In this document: positions 38,801 to 50,023 of the stretch, one piece after another
Layout of the letters: the number at the start of each line of letters is the position of its first letter
Numbering within the stretch: position 1 is the stretch's first letter
DNA from: Azolla caroliniana
Lineage: Eukaryota > Plantae > Polypodiophyta
NCBI GenBank assembly: GCA_043228905.1
Contig: JBHGNT010000002.1
Span: forward strand, 25,792,001-25,856,000
Reading direction: 5' to 3'
Length of the DNA: 64,000 nucleotides
Notes under the pieces: generated by a model
Database searches by the model: none
What the model was told of the DNA's origin: nothing
The model's input: the letters and a program-made list of their open reading frames with translations, nothing else
Made by a program: the position numbers and the translations under genes

Positions 38801-39427
38801 ATGAGGTTGGATATCTAGATTCGGATTCACATTTGCATTTGCATTTGCATTTTTATGAGGAGCACATAGATCTGGACTAAGATGGGGATACACTCCACCT
38901 CCTTCGTAAGGATGGGTATGTGAATGTGGGTATGGATGTGAATATGCATGTAGATATGGATGTTGTGGATTGGCATGCATATGTGTCACTGAATGTTGTG
39001 CATGTGTTTGTAAATGCTGTGGATGATGTTGATGGTGTGGATGTGTTTCTGTATGCTGTACATGTGTTTCTACATGTGGACATGTATGATGCGGATTCAT
39101 AAATGACCGCAATTCCTCTGTTTTATGGTCATGATGTGGTGATGCACATAGCAATGGAGAAAAACCTCCATCACTCTCTCCATGGCACAGGACGGTAGCA
39201 TCATCACCATGCCTCATATCAAAACCACTGGAAGAATTCCTAAATCCATTGTTTCTTTCCCTTGAGTCCATATGAACAAATACTGATGTTGTGTTGTTAT
39301 TAGGGTAAGGGAGAGTACCATGACTTAAACCAATTTGTGTAGACTTGTGTTGAGCTTGTTGTTGAGATGAAGAGAATTCCCTACCTGGAGAAAAGGAAGG
39401 ATGGACAGACTTTGATGATGAAGGCAT
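35893..39427 (-). CDS. NUFIP: NUFIP1-like box C/D snoRNP assembly factor, 7 exons, about 833 aa
   Basis: Exons 39427-38540, 38433-37802, 37698-37556, 37290-37218, 37124-37025, 36943-36875 and 36489-35893 (all GT-AG, 2502 nt, in frame). Tandem C2H2 fingers HCAPCDRAF..H..H / C..EGC..H...H, PEP motif WREERKKNYPT, and C-terminal LL..LL..D.....LLQCLRFIVNN. Confidence 0.88.
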
Positions 39428-39999
39428 GGTGTTGTAAAGAAAGGAACTTGCAATCTTTTATTCACGCAGAAGAAGAACAGAGGATGCTCTGTTTCGGTTA
39501 ATGGTGAGATAGCTGTGTAGCAGGTAAAGGTTTTAGACTAAATTCCTCCCGAGTTGAAGCTCAATGAATTTTTTAAGACACAATAAATCCACCGCACCAC
39601 AAAAATTAAGTGAGTGGTATTATAAAAGCATTGAAGCTTTAGAAGAGATGAAGAAGAACATGTCACAAGCAACCACTAGCGACTATGGTGTGGCATGAAA
39701 GAGAAGGGCGAGACACGAAAAGAAGCTCGGCTTAGAATATTCCAGACCTAAAGATTCTCGGACTAGATTCAAACTAGGCAGATAAATGCAGACATCCGAG
39801 CATTTTGTTGTGAGATGTTATTCATGAAGAAAAACTATGAGAAAACTACATGACAACTTTTCTCCTCGAGAGACATGCACTATGTTGGATTCAAACTTGG
39901 GGGAGAACAATAACCAATGTTGATCTTCCAAGCTAGCAACAAACTGATTTGAACTTTGTAAGCTTCTTACTAACATTTAAAATAACTTTCAAGCATTAA

Positions 40000-42900
40000 G
40001 TTGAGTCACCCCTCTCCAGCATTTGAATTTCCTATCAAAATCGAGGTTGTTGGTCTTTCCTACTTATATACTTGCTTACGTCATTATTCCCACTTGTGGC
40101 AATTATTTGGAAAACTCGGGTAGGTTTTGTTTTCCTGAATGAAATAATTAGGAATTTAACCCTCTTGTTGAAAACTCATTCGCATACCCTCAGCGAAATT
40201 CAAATTGTGATAAAATATTATAAATTGGCTCCCATGACAGACCTTTTCGTAGTTGAACATCACTAGAACAATCATATGATTGATGTTGGGAGCCTTCACT
40301 TTATCAAAGATATATGTGAACTCTTTATACTTTGTCAATAATTGAACCTTAAAATGCTACGGACGAGAAGATAAAGTTGGTAATGCTTTTAGCTTGATCA
40401 CTTAATTCATAACGGGAGATAATATATTTTGAAGTAATTCTTATAATTAGCTAGAGAGGTAAGGTGCTCATTTGTTCTAGAAGCTTTTAGCTTGTCTATT
40501 ACATAATAAAATTTCTTTAAGAGACCTCCCAAGTTAGAATAGAATGAGAACTTATTTACTAACCTATTTCTCCACACGTAATTATGAAGCTCTTTTCTTA
40601 AACTCTTTCTTTGCACAATTTCAATTAGTCTCGAGCAAAGCGTTCAAAAACCTTGGATCAACATTAACAAAAAAAACACTAGTTATGATTATTAATATGA
40701 TCTTTTAAGTAAGGAACATTTTTGCTTAAATAGAATAGGTTTGTAGTTCCCCTCTCTCATGGAGGAAGTTGTCATTGAAGTTGTTTTAGTTTACATAATG
40801 GACATCCACTCTTCCCCAAGATTCAGGAGCATGACTTTGTGTTTGTAGAGTGACTCATCCTCATCCAAGGGCTTCTAGAGTAGAGTAACTGCCTCTAGAC
40901 CAAACACGACCAAAGAATGTATCTTGAACACTAGTAATTTGTGTTACAATTATAGTCATCTCAAAAGGAGAGAAACCCATTGGTGTCCCCATGTGGAAAT
41001 GTACAATGGGTAGTTGTCCACATAGATGCCAAATTCTTCATTAGATCTATCAATGGCACATCTAACCTAGTATGGGAGATTGAAATGTGTTGGAAATTAC
41101 TCATTCCCTACAACTTCACGCAAAGTCATTGACAAGTTTGTTCATTGATGTCGTTCACATTGAATCCTCCATTGATAACCACATCTAGAACATTGAACCT
41201 ATTTGTGTAGAGACCAATCATTAAAACATTGATCAGTGGAAGTCCAAATTGCCAAGGTATTGGACATACATCAAATGTATTTGTTAAGTGGGCAACATGC
41301 CCATGCCCTTATAAACCAGAAAAAGTTACGTCATATCCAATCCTGTTTTGACAAGAATATTTACCAACAAAAAATAGAATGGGCGTTTAGCCTTGATTTG
41401 TAACACAACTTTGTCAAACCAAGCCAAATATGTGCAAGCTTCAACGATCTAATAATCATTTTCAGTGTAACTTAAAGCAATGTTGGACCAACATGTCATT
41501 TTCATATTAGCATATATGAAGAAATGAATTAATTTCTATATATCACCCATTAGTCAATAATAAGTTATATGAACCAAGGTTCGAGGTTTCCTTATATCAC
41601 CTTGTTGCACTAGTAGAGGCAAAGGTCATTGCATAATATCATCTAACAACCACATGAACTCCTGTATTACAATCCAAAGACACGCCGAATACCCCTCAAA
41701 CATGTAGGACAATAGAGAGAATGAGGTAAACATTATAATGTAATTATATTAACAAGAAGATTGTTCAATGTAATTATATTAACAAGAAGAATGATATAAT
41801 AAGAATATAGTAACGATTGATTCATCAATAACTAAAGGACTTGGTTATATAGAATGGTTGGACGTGTGCATGCAGTTTGCCACCTCACGAGTCACATGTA
41901 TGCATTGATCGCCACTTGGCTTTCATGCAAGCATATCATGATCGTGCATAGATTACCTATGAATAGTTTGAGTATTATATTTAAAAGGATGACCTATTGG
42001 CTAATGCTTTGATATAATATACAATGGATGTCATGGATTCGAGATTGGTTGTAATCTTTTTGCGATGGCATGATGGCAATCGTATTTTGTATATATGCTT
42101 ATGGTATTTTATGTAGATGCTTATGGCACAATACCCTTCCATTGGCAATGATTATTTTCACAAGTTACAATCCATGAACTAGAACTTGGCTTATTGGGAC
42201 ATCATATGAATATCCAACCCAACTTCTATGCCACGTATGAGATTCTGCCAACCTCCAAGTTCCATCATTAGGTATATATAACACAACATTGGAGCAAAAG
42301 TGGTCTTCACCTTGTATTTTGGACCATCAACAAGATTAATAAATGATTGGGGAGAAACAAGATGGTTCAGAGTAAAGCTTGAAGCATAAGGTTCCAAAAG
42401 TGATACACATATTTGCAGATGTTCAATTGTCAAACGAGATGGAATATGTGTGCACTTTGTGACAAAAATACAACTACAATGCAATTTCCATCGAATCACT
42501 CTAATTTAGGGGGTTGGGACAAATCTAACAAATACACTTTGCTTCCCATCGTATCACCCTAATTTAGGGGGTTGTATAGTCGGTGAAGCACCCCTTGATG
42601 TGATGTCAAATGAAATGAAGTGAGCAAATTTAGAAACCAACTTTGTTACCACATATTGAACTAGGAAAACATTTCCTACTATCAAAGTCCTCTCTAGTGA
42701 TATCACTCATCTTCGAGAGCACATTAATCTCTTCACTCCTAATCCTTGATGTGCCGCTAGGGAGGTCATTGGAACTCAAAGAGATTCACATGATCATTAG
42801 TGCTAGGGAGGTCATTGGAACTCAAAGTGATTCACATGATCATTAGTGTTTATGTTCATGTATCTAACAATAGAGTCGCAATTGTCGAGTTTTGCCCACA

Positions 42901-43320
42901 ACTTTGGCAAGGATGGTACACAACTTTGGTCGAGACAAAGACGTGCGTTCAATATTCCTCATGCCAAGCCAGAGCCACGAGCATTCTAATAACATCTCCT
43001 AATTAGTTTAAACTCTCCAAGCTTTACAATCGTTTCATTTGCATATCACTTTTTTTAGCTAGTTTCTTTTGCTAATCACATTCCTTTGTGTGGCCTACCA
43101 CTCCAATCACTACTCAACAGCAAAGAGGAGTAAGATGTGCTTGACCATATTTGAGGTGCTTAATGTTGCTTGTGAGAATGTATTTATATTGATTGATTCA
43201 TTAGACCCCAAAATTAAACCCCTCACATTTAATAGAACTCCACCTAATATGCTTGGTATTAGTAAGAAACCCACATTAGAAAAGTTGCCAATGAAATCCA
43301 TGACAGAAATCAATTGAAAG
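40000..43320. mobile_element. Highly decayed retroelement remnants
   Basis: Scattered integrase- and protease-like words (GPKYKV, FGLP, VFILID). Short tandem duplications (46 bp at 42755-42848). An LTR-like relic at about 41700-42128. Confidence 0.4.
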
Positions 43321-44731
43321 AAGATAGCATATAAAGGCCCAAAAAGAAGACTATTTTGTGATATTTCTCATAGCAGGTTGCACGTTTTCTCTAATCAATC
43401 TACACATGCAATGCATTCTTTGTTTGCCAGTATTGAAGAAACCCTAATATTCTTTAACAATGGAAGCCAAAAAACAACACCAAATCAAAAAGAGGAGATT
43501 ACCATTTATATCCAAAGGAATATTATTACAATACCAGATTGAAAACCACATTAGCCAAATAATATTTCCTTTAAGAAAAATTAGTTTGTTGTAAGAGTAG
43601 TACATTAAACTTCTTAGCTATATCATGAATTGATCATGATGGGATGAAAGCCTCCAAATACAATTACGTATTGTAGCATCATCATCTATTAATATCATGA
43701 TTAACATCAGAGCTCATTCTTCCTTCCATCTTTGCCAAATTCATTTGGCTCGGCCACAACAAGTTTGTTGGTTAACTCCTAAACCGGTTTAATGCAGAAC
43801 TCCTAAGCATATATGTTAAATGAGAATTAAGCTTAGAACCCAAATTAGTGCTAATCAGCAATTAAGCACAGTGTGTATGACACACCATTTAGTTGTTTTA
43901 CAGGGAAAGGAAGTGATATGCATATGCATCTTTTAGGACATGAACATTATAGCTCCTCCATGGATTTTGTTTCCAGCTTGGATGGTCTTTCACAAAACCT
44001 AGCTCTCTCCATCAAGTTTTTGAAAACATTTCAATCAATCTCATATATTTATACAGAATCAGCATGAATATCATCTAGTATATCCACACGGATTCGATAC
44101 CACTCAAAGCCATGGAGCGAGCATTAAAAAGAATATGCAGCATTAATCCGGGAGCTTCAACCATTCTTAGCTACAATTTTAGTCACTGCAAAGACCTTAC
44201 AAGACTAGGACAATTAAGTAAGTTTTGAGATTATGCATATTTATATATAGATTCTAACTTTAATTAGCGGAGATTAATATAAATTATCAGAATATAAAAC
44301 AAACCTTCGGGTATGCAGTAAGTCAGCAAACATTCCAAAAAATTTAAATGAACATCAATGGCGGTTAAGTACATAAGCATCACCATAGGAGACCGTTTAA
44401 TGTGCATAGTGAAAGGAACTCAAGGCATCAGTCACTCCATGTTTTGTAAATCACATTAATGAGATGTGTAATCAGACAGGTGCATATAATTAATTAGATA
44501 TTAATTGCTCGTAAGTGGCCTCATGGCCGTGTCATGATTATGAACTTATTATAATAACATTGACCACAGTAATATATGTTCAGACTAATTACGAGGCATA
44601 TGATATTGGTCGCTGCAAATCAACTATTTGAAATCACAGCGGCACAGTTTTAATATGAGCGGATCTGCACAAAATGCAGGAATTTAAAACCATGAGTTGG
44701 TAATGCTATATACATATTACCTAAATAAATC

Positions 44732-44896
44732 AGTAAAATGAGAGACATGCATACCTTTTCAGAGATATGGCAGAAAGCGATGATAATCATGATCACGATC
44801 ATCTTAGGTAATAAAACCATATATAAATTAGTAAAATGAGAGACATACATACCTTTTCAGAGATATGGCAGAAAGAGAAGATAATGATGATCATGA
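44732..44896. repeat. 98-bp-period tandem duplication carrying minus-strand 5' splice sites
   Basis: AGTAAAATGAGAGACAT(G/A)CATACCTTTTCAGAGATATGGCAGAAAG at 44732 and 44830. Confidence 0.85.
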
Positions 44897-44979
44897 GAAT
44901 GGAGGTGTTTTTTCATGATTGTTTGCTGTTGCAGTGATAAATTCGTTGGCGTTCTGCTGGAAAGTATGGGGTAAGCAGG

Positions 44980-45528
44980 CCATGTAGCCAAGGACCCCTT
45001 GCCCATGCATGAATCTGCTTCATTATCTCTACTTGAGTTCAGAAATTATTCCTTTTTCACGTCCATTCTTCCTAAAATCCATTACAGTTTTTTTCCGATT
45101 CTAATTCGAACCCTTTTTTTGGTTTTTTATTGTGGTATATTTAAAAGTCGATTTTGCATTTTTGTATTTAGATAATATGAATCATTACTCTTTGAAAATA
45201 ATACATTTTGAGTTAAATTACATTCCTTCTTCAGATACTTTAAAGTTTCAATTCTTGTCTTTCTTCAGATCATTACTCCTGCAGCTAACATCCAACTCTC
45301 GTCTAAGTTTTTTTTTTTGGAGGTTAATTTTCCTGGCTATTACCATCCCATCGCTAATTAGTTCTTCTAAATCGAATGACAATCCCAAAGACATTTCATA
45401 AGTAATGATTATAAATTAAGTTTCGTCTGAGCGCTGAAGCTCATTCATCCAGTTCATTAATCTCAAGATAATTAATGCACAGAATATTAAGCAGCAGCAT
45501 CATCGGCAAGTCATCCTTGGCTGCATGG
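44980..45528 (-). ncRNA. MIR169: MIR169 precursor (mature 45503-45523, star about 44983-45003)
   Basis: Minus strand CAGCCAAGGATGACTTGCCGA is the canonical miR169a-5p. The star GGCAAGGGGTCCTTGGCTACA resembles miR169-3p. Flanking CCATG/CATGG and CTGCTT/AAGCAG pairs extend the stem. Confidence 0.92.
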
Positions 45529-45802
45529 AGCGATATTAAAAAATAAATAAATGGACCCATGGCGGTGGGCATAATCGTCAGATCATATATATATATATAC
45601 AGGTATGTAGGTAAATTAATTAAAGTAGGTACATAGCAATAATAAGAGCAGTAGTAATCAATATGCAGCTTCCACCATACGTTCTAAGCAGCGCCAACGA
45701 GAATCAGATCTGAGGCCAGCGTCCAGGTGAGTTGAGAGACAGAATCTGTATTATAAATTTATATATATATATATATATATATTGTATGGATCGGCTGGAT
45801 TA

Positions 45803-45931
45803 ATAGCGTAACCACGAAGGGAAATACAATATAATTGTATGCAGAAAATACACACACAATTATATATGTATGCATTGTGTATGTATTTTCTGCATATAAT
45901 TATATTGTATTTCCCTTCATGGTTACGCTAT
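45803..45931 (-). ncRNA. Near-perfect 58-bp hairpin (candidate novel miRNA/hpRNA or small MITE)
   Basis: Arms 45803-45860 and 45874-45931, 13-nt loop, 3 non-Watson-Crick positions. The function is not shown by the sequence. Confidence 0.5.
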
Positions 45932-46019
45932 ATATATGTATATATATATATATATACATATTACATATGTATATATGTATATATATATATATGCGATGAT
46001 TAGGAAGGAACAGGAGGAA

Positions 46020-46220
46020 GAATGAATGGATGGATGAGAATGAGAGAGAGAGAGAGAGAGAGAGAGAATGGGGAAATAGGGAGGGAGAGAAGGAAGGAAG
46101 GAAACCCTAATGCATTTATAGGAGAGAGCGGCGGGTTTTTTCTTTTCTTTTTTTGACCCGGAAATAAATAATAATGATGATGATAATAATAATAATAATA
46201 ATAATTAGGAATTATGTGTG

Positions 46221-46253
<33 letters not shown>

Positions 46254-46815
46254 GAGGAGGAGATTTGGTTTTGTTTTTGTTTTTGTTTTTGTTTTGTGTT
46301 ATTAGAAGCTGACACAGTAAAAATAAATGATGATGACTGCACACACACACACACACACACACAAAATAGTGTTCAGTTTTGTGTGTGTGTGTGTGTGTGT
46401 GGGCCAAACTACACCAATCAATCAATCAGGCAATCACACACACACACACATATATGTACTGTACACACTCTCTCTCTCTCTCTCTCTCTCTCATATGGGC
46501 CAATTTTGGTCATAGAAAGACGTTAATATTTCTTTCTGTCTCTCTCTCTCTCTCTCTCTCTTTCTCCTTCTGGCGACGATGCTCAGTACATGCTTCTCTG
46601 TTTTTTCTTCTTCTTGCTTTCTTTCTTCGCCTGCTTAAAAAAAATAAAACCCTTTACCAGTCGGTCGGCCCCATCACAAAAAAACAGAAAAGAAAGAAAG
46701 AAAGAAAGAAGACACACGTATTTTTACTATGCCTCTTTTATAGCTCCTCTCTCTCTCTCTCTCTGCCTTCTTCTTCTTTCTTTCTCCTCCTACCCTATCA
46801 TCCCATCAATCTCTT

Positions 46816-46860
<45 letters not shown>
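46020..46860. repeat. Compound microsatellite cluster (GA, TAA, GT, CA, CT)
   Basis: Multiple SSR tracts visible. They explain the low-complexity ORFs here. Confidence 0.9.
46102..46121 (-). promoter_or_regulatory. Core promoter of the MIR169 locus: TATA box and telo-box
   Basis: Minus-strand CTATAAAT (46121-46114), then TTAGGGTTT (telo-box, 46102-46110) and a CT-rich leader, oriented toward the hairpins. Confidence 0.65.
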
Positions 46861-46938
46861 TTCTTTCTCTGCTGATTTTTATTTGTTTTTTTTGCTTTTC
46901 TGTGTTTTTGCTTTTTTTTACCTTCTTCCAGGGGTCAC

Positions 46939-47370
46939 CATAGTATGAAGCATACGTTTCATTCGTGCATTCGCATTCTCTTCCATTCTTAACATTCGAA
47001 CATGAAAAACACCCTATACGTATGGTAAATATCATACTTTTGCGTTCATTATTTACATATTATACGGAAAAAAAATTTAGGGTAAAAAAGGTAAGGTAAA
47101 ATGTGTTAAAAAAACTCAATAATGTTTTAATAGCATACGCATTCGTTTTCAAACGTATGAACTCACACCCTATAAGTATGGTAAATATCATACTTTTGCA
47201 TTCATTATTTACATATTATACGGTAATTTGTTTTTTAGGGTAAGAAAGTTAAGGTAAAATGTGTTTTAAAAAAACTCACGAATGTTTTAATAACATTCTC
47301 ATTCGCTTTCAAACGTATGAACTCATACCCGAATGTTTGGGCTAACGAACACGAATATTACGTACCTTAG
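46939..47370. mobile_element. Degenerate non-autonomous DNA element with an internal ~158-bp tandem duplication
   Basis: Begins CATAG with ATTCG repeats like the 14151 element. Duplicated block ACCCTATA.GTATGGTAAATATCATACTTTTGC... at about 47011 and 47167. Confidence 0.45.
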
Positions 47371-49608
47371 TTCCTTTTTTGTTTTCCCGTTTTTTCTTTT
47401 TTCTTTTCTTTTAATGCCCTTTTTTCTGTTTTTTTCTTTTTCTTCACCCCTTTCTTTATTTCTTTATTTTCTTTCTTTCTTTTTAAATCTTTCTTTCTCT
47501 CTCTTCATCCGTTTTCCCCCTGCGTCTGTTACATTTTTTTTCCGCTCATTTTCTCTCGCAGGTTTTTCTCTAAATAAATAACTAATTTATATATAAATAA
47601 AACAGCAGTCTCCTGCTCGCTTTTTGTTCCTTTTTTTTTTATTTTTGGTCTTTCTTCCCTTTGAAAAACATATTTATATTTGTGTCCTCTTTCCAATAAG
47701 GCACGAAACCAAGTTTCTAGAGACTTGTCCCAAAAATGATCTCGGCCTCTTTTTCTCCTTTTTCTTCTTTGTTTTTACACCCCCATTTACCCCGAGCCAC
47801 GTAATGACCGTGTATGTATGTCATTTTACTTTCATAAGGGGCCCGTCGTTCCCTTCTACTGTCTACCCAACTATGTATGTCCACAACCAACACCCTAGAG
47901 TTAACTTCGCAATGCGCTTTGAGACACGCGCTCCTCGTGAAGTTTCTATACTTCTGCAATTTAAACAAACATTCAAAACCATCAGGTTGTCAACTTAGTG
48001 ATGTTGTCCCATAAATGTGTTTCCTTTGTTTGTTGCAGGCGCAGCATGTGGTGTTGATTTATCATCTCAAAGTATGCAAGCAATATGTGACATGTCCAGC
48101 TTGGATGGTCCCCACATGTTTACGACATGCCCATTTATCATAGTCTTCTTGCAATGCCAAGGCCGGCCTTAATGTGTGACATCAATAATTTTTGGTTACC
48201 TCTCATTTCTCGTTGTGTTTGAGTTCGATAGCTTTTGAGCAAGGTTGCAGAAAATCAACTTTCTAGTCTATGTGTATATTGGGATATATGACTTGATCGT
48301 AAGGTTCAAGGATGGGCCCAACATAGTTATATATACACCAGATTGGAATTACTTCCATACAAAAGGGCAATCATCTCGCAAAGAGGTACATCTACCATCT
48401 AATATCTCTATGAGTGTCTATGAACATGTTATATGTCAAGCTACACATTGGATGGCCAGGTGGAACTCAATATGTGTAGCTCGTTATATATCGAGTTGCA
48501 CATTGGATGGTCTTTGTCCTTGGGTTTGTTTCAAACCTCTCTACCATTCCTCTGTCCAAACCAAAGTATTCCCCTATGTATAACTAGATTACAATTACGA
48601 CATGCAAAAGATTGAATTCCATGTTAATTACAATGATTGTCCTATTTGTGGGCAAATTATAAACAATGAACACATGCATTAATATGTGATGCACTCTCAC
48701 TCTCGAAATGAAACCTTCCGCTTGCTTTTGAAGTAACAACACATTGTTGAGACCTTTTATTTGGTCGAGTCTCGAGAGTCTCTAAAGACTACGTAAACCA
48801 TAAACCTACCAATAGTACTATGGTAAAATCTTCTTTCAAGACAACATAATCAACCATGAATCACGGTTTTCTCAATGAATCATGCTTTATCTAGAACTTC
48901 AAGACTTACGAATTATGGTTGCTTTAAAAAAAATCTGTGTTGCTTGTGTTTGTTGATTGCAAGTTGCAACATTAACAAGGCGGCATTACCAATACAAACA
49001 TGAATTTAAGATATTTTATCAAGAGGAACATAATAATTTATTTTATTTAGATTCTTTTTTATCTTGAATCCATGGTTACGTAACGGCTAATGGGTCAAAT
49101 ATTGAAACTTGTAACCTTTACTTTTATGAATGTTTATTTCATGTATCATGATCACTTTAATATTAAGGCCTTACATAATGTGGTTCGATATACTCCTTAA
49201 GCTATTGGATGGTCATGGAAATTTGAACAAATCCTTGCAAGCCCGACTAGGATGGTATCCATGATTAATTAATTGTGTTACAATAGGAAAGGTTGCCTAT
49301 CTTTATTATACAAGTCTCAATATTTTTTGTCTCTACGTAATCTCGAGGTCTGGAAAAACTTGTTTTCATCATTAGAACATTGATACATCTATCCCATGCA
49401 TACATTTCACAACTTTTCCATGTGTTAAGCAAAAACAATAACATTGTAATCACACAGTCCCTTGTCTCATAATAATGATGATGCCACTAAACCTATGGAT
49501 TAGTCATTGAAGCGCATGTTTAGATTTTTTATGTTGTGTTGGTCCCATGTTGATATATTTCAAGCTCTAATAGTCTTCACAGAATATACGTGAAGATTGT
49601 TGCTTAAC

Positions 49609-50023
49609 ATGGATTGTAATCATGCACATTTATAATACAATAAATGCTAATGACACATTGCATGCAAATAGTGTTTCGAGTAGGGATTGATCTACTCCAA
49701 TTCATGAAGCTACATAATGAGTTGACATGTTGCATTGTTGTGTCAAAATGTTATATCCGATTTGGTAAGGAAAAACATCACAATCATTTAGAAGTTATAT
49801 AAGCATTTGGCATTTTGTGGCAAATATGTTATATCCGATTTGATAAGGAATACTATGGATTTGAATCGTGCACATTTATAATCTAATAAATACTAACGAC
49901 ACATTGCATGCAAATAGTGTTTCGAGTAGGGATTAATCTACTCCACTTCATGAAGCTATATAATCATTTGACATTCTATGGCAAAAAATTTATATTTGAC
50001 TTGATAAGGAAAAACATCACAAT
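49609..50023. repeat. Diverged tandem duplication, period about 247 bp
   Basis: GCACATTTATAAT...GACACATTGCATGCAAATAGTGTTTCGAGTAGGGATT...TAAGGAAAAACATCACAAT occurs twice. Confidence 0.85.

Noticed and set aside
44145-44170. GGGAGCTTC resembles a miR159/319 end
   Set aside because: The match is under 10 nt and there is no partner arm.
44601-44655. GATATTGGTCGCTGCAAATCA resembles a miR171 arm
   Set aside because: Too many mismatches in the core, and only a short weak hairpin.
45578-45672. CAGATCAT and GCAGCTTC fragments resemble the miR167 complement
   Set aside because: The halves are about 80 nt apart; coincidental.
46000-47035. Many 60-190 aa ORFs
   Set aside because: Translations of microsatellites (HT, CV, SL, RE runs).
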